Virus record (IMG/VR): IMGVR_UViG_3300045988_113036
Source: a virus
DNA length: 41,230 bases
Direction: 5' to 3' (one strand)
The notes under the pieces are model-generated. The model did no database searches. It was not told the origin of the DNA and was given only the letters and a program-made list of their open reading frames with translations. Made by a program: the position numbers and the translations under genes. This document shows, in pieces, positions 33,337-40,086 of this stretch (position 1 is the first letter of the stretch; every line of letters starts with the position of its first letter).

Positions 33337-34161
33337 TCACGCGGCGAGGCGCGTGGCTTCCACGGCGGCTCGCAGCCGGTCGTCGGGCATGGCGATGTAC
33401 CGTTGCGTGGTCTCGACCGAGGCGTGGCCTAGGAGCTTGGAGACGAGCAGCAGGTCTCGTGTGGCGGCGTAGGTCGTGGTCGCGTACCTGTGGCGCAGGC
33501 TGTGCGCCGTCCATCCATCGCCCAAGAGGTCGCTCAGGTGCCGGCCGACGTAGGATGATTCGACGTGGCCACTCCATCGGCCGGGGAAGCAGTAGCCGTT
33601 GGCGGATCGGATCAGCAAGGCGAGGTCGTCGCCGATAGGCACGATGCGTTGCTTGTCGCCCTTGCCTACGACCACGAGGCTCCAGCCCACGAGGTCGCGC
33701 ATCACGTCGCGGCTGTGCACCTTCGCTATCTCGAAGCGCCGCAACCCGCATTCAGCGCCGATCCTGAGCATGAGCCGTTCACTGTCCGTGGCCTTGCGCA
33801 GCGCTGCGAGTATGACCACGTCCGGGCATGGCCGGGGATGCGGTTCGGGACGCTTGACGGTGGGTAGGAACTCGCTCGGATCGGCCTCGCTGCGGCCGGA
33901 CGCTTTGAGCCATCGGAAATAGCTGACGCAGGCGTTCTTCGCGCCCTTGCGCGTCTCCGGCTTCCAGTCCTTCGCGGCGAAGTGCGCGAGCAGGTCGTCG
34001 CCCTCCACGTCCCTAGGATCGCCCTCAAGCGCCCTCGATAGCGCGGACATCTGGCATCGGCGCGTGCCGATCGTGTTGGGGGAGTAGCCCGCCGCCTTGA
34101 GGGCGTCGAGCCATAGATTGATTGATTCTGCCCAGAGCGGGCTTGGGTGTTGTTTTTTCAC
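33337..34161 (-). CDS. int: Tyrosine integrase (XerC/D-like)
   Basis: 274 aa. RRFEIAKV (Arg I), HSLRHRYAT (H-x-x-R), LLGHASVETTQRY (His and catalytic Tyr). Adjacent to attP. Confidence 0.9.
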   Translation of the reverse strand: MKKQHPSPLWAESINLWLDALKAAGYSPNTIGTRRCQMSALSRALEGDPRDVEGDDLLAHFAAKDWKPETRKGAKNACVSYFRWLKASGRSEADPSEFLPTVKRPEPHPRPCPDVVILAALRKATDSERLMLRIGAECGLRRFEIAKVHSRDVMRDLVGWSLVVVGKGDKQRIVPIGDDLALLIRSANGYCFPGRWSGHVESSYVGRHLSDLLGDGWTAHSLRHRYATTTYAATRDLLLVSKLLGHASVETTQRYIAMPDDRLRAAVEATRLAA

Positions 34162-34214
34162 AGGACATCATCGCCCCGATCGGATATGCGGCCCCGTAGG
34201 GCACGACGGCGGAT

Positions 34215-34247
34215 AAACGAAAAGCCGTCACGAATAATCGTGACGGC
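34215..34247 (-). terminator. Rho-independent terminator downstream of the tRNA-Met fragment
   Basis: Perfect 10-bp stem gccgtcacga/tcgtgacggc with loop ATAA. On the - strand it is followed by TTTTCGTTT. Confidence 0.7.
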
Positions 34248-34258
34248 CTCGCCCGCAG

Positions 34259-34306
34259 TAGCGGGGACAGGATTTGAACCTGTGACCTCTGGGTTATGAT
34301 CCCAAA
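34259..34306 (-). other. attP core: 3' portion of a tRNA-Met(CAU) gene (anticodon arm to discriminator)
   Basis: The reverse complement reads ttggg-atCATaa-cccag aggtc acagg-ttcaaat-cctgt ccccgct a. There is no matching 5' acceptor strand or D arm upstream, so it is a fragment. Confidence 0.75.
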
Positions 34307-34316
34307 CGGCTCAAAA

Positions 34317-34760
34317 CTAAGCCGCGAGAATCATAGCCGGGGCCTTCCATGCCCCGCCACGTAGGCGGAAGTCGTCAACGTTGACGACAGGCAAACCTCC
34401 ATTCTTGTTCGAAGTTTTCCACGACCATTCAGTTCGGCGCTCGCCGCCATCGTCCGGGCCTTCTTCTTCCCTAGAGGCGTTGATTATCGCGAGGGCCTTT
34501 GTCGGAGATAATTCCGGGTCTGATAGATCGTTAATTGATACATTGAGGAATTCGGCAGTTCGGTACATGTCGTTGAAGCTCCATGCGCTGCCGCTCTTCA
34601 TCATCCTAGATACAGCCTGCGGGACTCGTCCTAGGTATGCGGCCAAGTCCTTGCGGTACTTACCTTCAAGATGCATAAGCATATCGACGTTGCGTAGTGC
34701 TATCGACTGAGGGTCGGTCGCCTGCTCTTGCGCCGGCGGAGAAATGAGTGTTGCGGTCAT
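34317..34760 (-). CDS. CI-like repressor (XRE-family HTH)
   Basis: 147 aa. KDLAAYLGRVPQAVSRMMKSGSAWSFNDMYRTAEFLNVSINDL is an HTH_3-like motif. Divergent from a Cro-like gene. AT-richer than the structural genes. Confidence 0.7.
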   Translation of the reverse strand: MTATLISPPAQEQATDPQSIALRNVDMLMHLEGKYRKDLAAYLGRVPQAVSRMMKSGSAWSFNDMYRTAEFLNVSINDLSDPELSPTKALAIINASREEEGPDDGGERRTEWSWKTSNKNGGLPVVNVDDFRLRGGAWKAPAMILAA

Positions 34761-34767
34761 ATCTGCA

Positions 34768-34796
34768 ATGTTAAACGAAAGTGCTTAATTAAGCAA
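34768..34796 (-). promoter_or_regulatory. Candidate leaderless promoter of the repressor gene
   Basis: On the - strand: TTGCTT, a 17-nt spacer, then TAACAT, with the ATG 7 nt downstream. No Shine-Dalgarno sequence. Confidence 0.4.
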
Positions 34797-34803
34797 GTTC
34801 GTT
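34774..34803. promoter_or_regulatory. 30-bp imperfect palindrome (candidate operator)
   Basis: AACGAAAGTGCTTAA|TTAAGCAAGTTCGTT, with 13 of 15 positions symmetric. The core GCTTAATTAAGC is a perfect palindrome. Confidence 0.55.
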
Positions 34804-34867
34804 TAGACTTTCCTTCTCTGCGATGCGCATATCTGTAGAAGTGTTCACTCAAGTGCGACACGCTGAT

Positions 34868-34896
34868 TAAACAAAATCGCTTAGCGATGCTATATT
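34868..34896 (+). promoter_or_regulatory. Candidate promoter of the Cro-like gene and early operon (leaderless)
   Basis: TAAACA, a 17-nt spacer, then TGC-TATATT (extended -10), with ATG 34904 starting 8 nt after the -10. Confidence 0.5.
34876..34888. promoter_or_regulatory. 13-bp perfect palindrome ATCGCT-T-AGCGAT inside the promoter spacer (candidate operator)
   Basis: Read directly from the sequence. It lies between the -35 and -10 of the rightward promoter. Confidence 0.5.
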
Positions 34897-34903
34897 GACA
34901 GCC

Positions 34904-35176
34904 ATGACCGCTAATGAAAAACGTTTAGTTCCTCACGAGATCGCGCAACGTCTCGATGATTTGGAAGCTGCTCGCCATCTGACTCAGCGCGAAGTCGCCG
35001 CTGGTATTGGGATGATCGAACAGACTTACAGCAACAAGAAAAACGGCCTTCGCCCCTTCTCTGCAAAGGACTACAAGGCGCTCGCCGACTTCTTCAACAC
35101 CAGTGTTGACTACCTCATGGGTCGCACTCTTGACCCGTGGCCGGTGGACGCTCAGCCGGAAGGGGTGGCGTCATGA
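34904..35176 (+). CDS. Cro-like XRE-family HTH regulator, 90 aa
   Basis: LTQREVAAGIGMIEQTYSNKKNG...ALADFFNTSVDYLMGR is a canonical HTH_3 motif. The TTG at 34895 was rejected as the start because it overlaps the -10. Confidence 0.75.
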   Translation: MTANEKRLVPHEIAQRLDDLEAARHLTQREVAAGIGMIEQTYSNKKNGLRPFSAKDYKALADFFNTSVDYLMGRTLDPWPVDAQPEGVAS

Positions 35177-35607
35177 AGGTGAAGGACATGTACTGGGAGG
35201 CCGAGAACTCGATCCGCTTCGCGAACCCGGAGAAAGTGACCCGGCCGCTGCTGTGCGAGCCGAAAGTGTCCGAGGACGGCGTGCGTATCCGTCTGTGGCT
35301 GCGCAACCTTGCCGAGGTCTCGTTGACCGGCGGCGCGAAGGTCCTACTGTCTCGTCATGAGGCGGCGGTCTTGGCGAACGCGATCAACACCCGGAGCAAC
35401 TGGATCGGCGAGAAAACCAGCGACATGCCGCGCATCGGTGTGAGCGTCACCGAGACCTCCACGATAATCCGGTTCATGGAATGCGAGGGAGCGGGACACA
35501 TCGCACTCCCTCTGGCGGATGGCGAGCGTTTGGCGTCGTGGTTGTACGACATGGCCGACGGCTGCTGGCGTGCCTACTGCGGATACGTGCCGGAGGCGGC
35601 GAAATGA
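35173..35607 (+). CDS. Hypothetical cytoplasmic protein, 144 aa
   Basis: ATGA overlap with the Cro-like stop. RBS gaagggg. Confidence 0.6.
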   Translation: MKVKDMYWEAENSIRFANPEKVTRPLLCEPKVSEDGVRIRLWLRNLAEVSLTGGAKVLLSRHEAAVLANAINTRSNWIGEKTSDMPRIGVSVTETSTIIRFMECEGAGHIALPLADGERLASWLYDMADGCWRAYCGYVPEAAK

Positions 35608-36137
35608 GCGACAAGCTGATGCGCCGTACCCTCATTGTCTTCGCCGGCGTGCTGGGTCTCTGTGGCGTGTCGATGGTGGTGTTGGCCGTCGTGCAAAGGG
35701 ATGCGCGTATGGGCTTGTACGGCGTGCTGTCCCTGATGTTCGCGCTCAGCAACGTACTGCAAGCGTGCATAGTCCGTCGTCCCGAGTGCCCGAAACCTGT
35801 GGTCAGTGTTGCGTTCGAGACACATGGCGATGGCGCGGACGGTACCGGCCATTGGGTGCGCATTGGAACACTCAAAGCCGATACCGTCCAGAATGGCGTC
35901 ATTCCAGACCGCTTGCATCATCCGGGGCGGCATGAGATTCTGCGAGTCGAGAGCTTCGATGGCGACGTCAAAGCCGTTCAATCGTTCCTGAACGAGCATG
36001 ACGCCGGCTATATCGCCGAGGTCACTCCTGAGCAGCCCATCATCGTTGAGGCATTGGGCAACAAGGCATGCGTCTACGTCACCAAAATCGTGCAATGCGC
36101 GCTGGGCGACATTCTCCGACTGTTGGAGACGAAATGA
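35604..36137 (+). CDS. Two-TM membrane protein with C-terminal soluble domain, 177 aa
   Basis: ATGA overlap, RBS ggagg. TM segments LIVFAGVLGLCGVSMVVLAVV and LYGVLSLMFALSNVLQACIV. Confidence 0.6.
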   Translation: MSDKLMRRTLIVFAGVLGLCGVSMVVLAVVQRDARMGLYGVLSLMFALSNVLQACIVRRPECPKPVVSVAFETHGDGADGTGHWVRIGTLKADTVQNGVIPDRLHHPGRHEILRVESFDGDVKAVQSFLNEHDAGYIAEVTPEQPIIVEALGNKACVYVTKIVQCALGDILRLLETK

Positions 36138-36144
36138 ACAAGGT

Positions 36145-36693
36145 TCACGCCCGTGCGGACATGCGTTTCGTCGTTCGCGTCCTTGACTCGTCTTCATCTT
36201 CATACCGCCCTTCAATGACGACGTTGACCGGCCACGGCATCATGTACCGCAGCGCCTCGCCATGTCCGAGCGTCAGCGGGAAATCGTCATACGTCGCACA
36301 GTCGGGGCCTTCCTCCGATTCGGCGGACAGGATCACTATCGGCCGGTTGCCTTCATTGACGACCGCGAACATGTGGCCCTTGACCAGTCTGGCCTCGCCC
36401 AGCGGATCGGATACGACTGGATTCGATGCTTCGAGAAGACGATTGGACTCTTGGAGTGCGACCACCTGTTCCCGAAGCGCCGCAATGGTCTCCTCATACC
36501 GACGCCGTTCCTCATCGCGTCTTGCCTCAAGTTCCTTGGCCTCGGCCTTGCGCTTTTTGGCATCCATACTCGTATTGACTACCCATGCGAAAGAAGTTCC
36601 TATCCAGCCGATGAAGGGAACCACTATCGCGGCGATTACTCCGGCCCATTCGGCCGGCTCACTGACCATCTCGTGAATCAACCAATTCAACAT
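36145..36693 (-). CDS. Antisense-oriented membrane-anchored coiled-coil protein, 182 aa
   Basis: RBS aaggaaaggaag upstream of ATG 36693. TM segment WAGVIAAIVVPFIGWIGTSFAWVV, then a charged helix KKRKAEAKELEARRDEERRRYEE, then a C-terminal domain. Confidence 0.6.
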   Translation of the reverse strand: MLNWLIHEMVSEPAEWAGVIAAIVVPFIGWIGTSFAWVVNTSMDAKKRKAEAKELEARRDEERRRYEETIAALREQVVALQESNRLLEASNPVVSDPLGEARLVKGHMFAVVNEGNRPIVILSAESEEGPDCATYDDFPLTLGHGEALRYMMPWPVNVVIEGRYEDEDESRTRTTKRMSARA

Positions 36694-36791
36694 CGATTCT
36701 TCCTTTCCTTGTCGTCGTGCGGATTGTTTGTGCTGCAGCTTCAAGCCTACGCGGCACGGGGAAAGGACCTTATCTTCTGAAAGGAACCCTC

Positions 36792-37691
36792 ATGATCTGG
36801 TTCGTCATCTCCATCATCCTGCTGCTCTTCAGCTCCGCCGTCACCTGCGTCGCGATGTCCAACAACGTCAAGGGTGCCGGCATCGGCCTCATTCCGGGCC
36901 TCGTCGGATTGCTGCTACTGATCCCCGCATGCCTGTACTCCGTGGACGTGGGCGAGGTCGCTGTCATCCGCAACATGGGCGGCAGTCTGGCCGGCCATGC
37001 CGAAGACGCGGGCTTCCATTTGAAGACGCCGTGGCAGAGCATCGTCAAATACGACACCCGTAACAACCTCATCAACTTCTACAAGGACACCGATTACAAG
37101 TACGACGGCGGCAGCGCGGTCGGCAAGCAGGTCACCGTCAACGACAGGAGCGGCGCTTCTGCAGACATCGACATCCAAGTCAACTACAGCCTTGATCCGA
37201 GCGCGGCCGAATACCTGTACTCGGAGTACGGCAAACAGCAGACGTTCACACAGAACTACATCAGCAACGACCTGCGTTCAGTGGCCCGCGAACAGTCCGG
37301 CCGGTTCGACACCCTGACGATGCTCACCAACCGAGGCGAGTACACGAAGGCCGTGCAGGATGCGCTGGCGGCGAAGTGGAAGAAGATCGGCCTGACCGTC
37401 GAACAGGTCAGCGTGCAGGACGTGCGCTATGGCGAGGCCATCGTCAAGAAATACAACGAGGCCCAAGCGGCCGAGATCGACAAGCAGAAGGCCATGAACG
37501 AGCAGCAGGTCGCCAAGACCGAGGCCGAGACCAAGAAGATCAAGGCGCAGGGCGAGGCCGACGCCAACGCCGTGCTCAACGAGAGCCTGACCGACAACGT
37601 GCTCAAACAGCATTACATTGACGCTCTGTCCAACGCGGACCAGCTCGTCGTCGTCCCCGACGGCGCGGACACGCTCGTCCAGACCAAATAA
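36792..37691 (+). CDS. SPFH / Band-7 (HflC/prohibitin-like) domain membrane protein, 299 aa
   Basis: N-terminal TM segments, then VDVGEVAVIRNMGG...GFHLKTPWQSIVKYDTR...LTVEQVSVQDVRY and a coiled-coil tail (AQAAEIDKQKAMNEQQVAKTEAE..), the typical SPFH architecture. Confidence 0.8.
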   Translation: MIWFVISIILLLFSSAVTCVAMSNNVKGAGIGLIPGLVGLLLLIPACLYSVDVGEVAVIRNMGGSLAGHAEDAGFHLKTPWQSIVKYDTRNNLINFYKDTDYKYDGGSAVGKQVTVNDRSGASADIDIQVNYSLDPSAAEYLYSEYGKQQTFTQNYISNDLRSVAREQSGRFDTLTMLTNRGEYTKAVQDALAAKWKKIGLTVEQVSVQDVRYGEAIVKKYNEAQAAEIDKQKAMNEQQVAKTEAETKKIKAQGEADANAVLNESLTDNVLKQHYIDALSNADQLVVVPDGADTLVQTK

Positions 37692-37701
37692 GGCGGCGGA
37701 T

Positions 37702-37890
37702 ATGTTCAAGCGTTACCCGTACACGATCGGCCTGTTGCTGGTGGTTTCCATCATCTGCTGTCTGGCGTGGCTGTTGACCCATGACGCATGCATGCACCCG
37801 TTGGGCAATGGTCTGGCCGCGTGGTGGGCGTTCGTCAACGCGCCCCTGTTCCTCGTGGGCCTCGTCGAAGAGGCGGGAGGAGAGGAATGA
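37702..37890 (+). CDS. Small membrane protein, 62 aa
   Basis: RBS aaggcggcgga. Two hydrophobic segments. Confidence 0.5.
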   Translation: MFKRYPYTIGLLLVVSIICCLAWLLTHDACMHPLGNGLAAWWAFVNAPLFLVGLVEEAGGEE

Positions 37891-38054
37891 ACTTCGATGC
37901 ACTCGTCTGGCAGCAGTGGGTGATCCTCGGATACGCGCTGCTCGAACACTTCATACTCATCGGCACGCTGCGCGAAACGAAGGCCAAGCCGGGAGCGGTT
38001 GTGTACCAGTTGCTCAGGCTCGTCATTCTCTGCGCGCTCGTGCTGACCATATGA
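37887..38054 (+). CDS. Small membrane protein, 55 aa
   Basis: ATGA overlap, RBS gggaggagagg. Two hydrophobic segments. Confidence 0.5.
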   Translation: MNFDALVWQQWVILGYALLEHFILIGTLRETKAKPGAVVYQLLRLVILCALVLTI

Positions 38055-38405
38055 GACTTGCCCGCCGCCATTGCGACCTTCCTTCCGATGCGGCGGGCGG
38101 CGACAAGGAACAAGTCGTTAACACCACCTCTCTCAATGATCGCGTCGCCGGTTCTCCCCACCGGCGGCGCGCCAAGGGCGGGCAGGTTCGCCCCCGGTCG
38201 AGATTCGCGTCAGGTGGGCGCGGGCAAAGACCGGGAAGCCGTTCGATTCGGCCGCCGTCCACTGGGGCCGCGTCAACGTCGGCCGCGATCCATCCCCATA
38301 CGACAGGAAGTCAGTGGATTGCGGAAGCGATGGCGTGCGAGCCGGTGGTCTCCATTGCCGGCGTCGACCACGCCAGCGCGGCCCCGCACCAAATGAAGGA
38401 GTCCC

Positions 38406-38645
38406 ATGAACACCCACCGCACCCTCATGGTCTGGCCCATCACCGAACAGGGCCTGACCATGACGCCCGGCGAACTGATCGCCGAGGCGCTGGACGCGAT
38501 CTGCGAATGCAATTCACGGCTCGACTACCCACGCCTCATCCTCATGCCGTCGCCCGCCGCGTTCGTCATCGACCGAGGCGCTGCGAACATCGGCGCGGAA
38601 TGCGAATGGGTATGGAAACGGGACATCAGGAAAGGAACATCATGA
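38406..38645 (+). CDS. Hypothetical protein, 79 aa
   Basis: Strong RBS aaggag 6 nt upstream of the ATG. Confidence 0.6.
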   Translation: MNTHRTLMVWPITEQGLTMTPGELIAEALDAICECNSRLDYPRLILMPSPAAFVIDRGAANIGAECEWVWKRDIRKGTS

Positions 38646-39082
38646 CATCCAACGAGGAAACGATCAGGAAATTCGACGAAGCGTTCGACGAGGCCTTCGG
38701 CGATGAATGCAAGGCGGCCTACATAGCGGTTGTGCCCGAACTCGGCAAGGGCCCGCTGTTCGACGATCAGGCCAAGCTGTTCGCCTCCAATGACTGGAAG
38801 CCGCTCGGCACCGTCATCGACGGCGAAGGCCCCATGCTGCCCGACGGCTGCCATGCGCCGGCGGGCGAGGCGGACGCGCGCAATGAGGAACGCCGCCACC
38901 TCGAACGCATGCTGCGCACGGCCGACCGCGCCTACGAGGAGCTGAGCCTGCTCGCCGACCACTTCCACCACGAGCGAGACCACGACGGCTTCATCCGCGC
39001 GCACGGTGCCGCCGTCAGCGCGCACACCATCGGCCTGACCCTCGCCTCCCGCCTCGACGAGGAAAAGGAAGGCGACGACTGA
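38642..39082 (+). CDS. Hypothetical acidic protein, 146 aa
   Basis: ATGA overlap. The long upstream part of ORF 37781..39082 is off-frame R/P-rich sequence. Confidence 0.6.
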   Translation: MTSNEETIRKFDEAFDEAFGDECKAAYIAVVPELGKGPLFDDQAKLFASNDWKPLGTVIDGEGPMLPDGCHAPAGEADARNEERRHLERMLRTADRAYEELSLLADHFHHERDHDGFIRAHGAAVSAHTIGLTLASRLDEEKEGDD

Positions 39083-39609
39083 TGGCGGGCGAGACCACGC
39101 TGACCATCGTCGGCAACCTGACCGCAGACCCCGAACTGCGCAGCACCAACACCGGATCCCAGGTCGCGTCGTTCACGATCGCCAGCACGCCCCGCACCTA
39201 CAACCGCCAGACGCAGCAGTACGAGGACGGCACGGCGTTGTTCCTGCGCTGCTCGGCGTGGAACGACCTCGCCCGGCACATCAGCCAATCATGCTCGAAG
39301 GGCATGCGCGTCATCGCCCAGGGCCGCCTCTCCCAACGCTCGTATCAGGCGCAGGAAGGCACCAACCGCACCGTGGTCGAAATGACCGTGGACGAGATCG
39401 GCCCCAGCCTGCGGTACGCGACCGCGCAGGTCACGAAACAGGGCGGCCACAACGGCTATCAGGGCGGCGGCACGTTCGGCAACCCGAACGGCCAGCCCCC
39501 GCAGCCCCCGCAGCAGACGACACCGCCGCCGGCGTCCGACCCGTGGGCCAACACAGGCGGCTACACGCCGGACACGTTCGACGCCGACGCCGCCGACCCG
39601 GAATTCTAG
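39082..39609 (+). CDS. ssb: Single-stranded DNA-binding protein
   Basis: TIVGNLTADPELRSTNTGSQVASFTIA...FLRCSAWNDLA...GRLSQRSY is an OB fold. It is followed by a G/Q/P-rich linker and an acidic tip DADAADPEF. Confidence 0.9.
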   Translation: MAGETTLTIVGNLTADPELRSTNTGSQVASFTIASTPRTYNRQTQQYEDGTALFLRCSAWNDLARHISQSCSKGMRVIAQGRLSQRSYQAQEGTNRTVVEMTVDEIGPSLRYATAQVTKQGGHNGYQGGGTFGNPNGQPPQPPQQTTPPPASDPWANTGGYTPDTFDADAADPEF

Positions 39610-39622
39610 AAAGGACACCCTC

Positions 39623-40060
39623 ATGGCAAAGAAAAAAGACTCGAACCTTGTCCAGGACGCGCTCATACCCGACGAAATGAGCCCGCTGAGCCTGCTGGAC
39701 TTCAACAGCTCGTGCGCGAAGATCAAGCAGGCGGCCGTGGACTTCCGCCGCGCGGTCAACCACAAGATGCAGCTCGAAACCAAAGACGCCTACCTCGACA
39801 AGTTCCACCAGATCGACCCGTACACCGAGGCCGTGTACGACACGGACGCGCTCGCGCAGCACATCATCGACTGCGCCGAGGTCATCAACCGGCTGCTCAC
39901 CTATCCGAAGGACGCACGCCGCGCGGTCCTGTACGACAACCTCCACGACAGCCTCGCCACGTTCGAGGAAAGCGCGCCCGACTATCCCGATCCCGACGAC
40001 GATGCGGACGAGACCGCCGGCGGGGAGGCCGTCGATCCGAACACCGGCGAGATCAAATAA
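39623..40060 (+). CDS. Hypothetical protein, 145 aa
   Basis: RBS gaaagga. Acidic C-terminus. Confidence 0.6.
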   Translation: MAKKKDSNLVQDALIPDEMSPLSLLDFNSSCAKIKQAAVDFRRAVNHKMQLETKDAYLDKFHQIDPYTEAVYDTDALAQHIIDCAEVINRLLTYPKDARRAVLYDNLHDSLATFEESAPDYPDPDDDADETAGGEAVDPNTGEIK

Positions 40061-40086
40061 CCCATCACATTGAGAGAGGTTCAACC

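Noticed and set aside
34259-34306. The tRNA-Met-like sequence, considered as a functional phage tRNA gene.
   Set aside because: Only the anticodon arm through the 3' acceptor strand is present. No complementary 5' acceptor strand (AGCGGGG) or D arm lies upstream, since that sequence is the end of the repressor gene. It is interpreted as attP.
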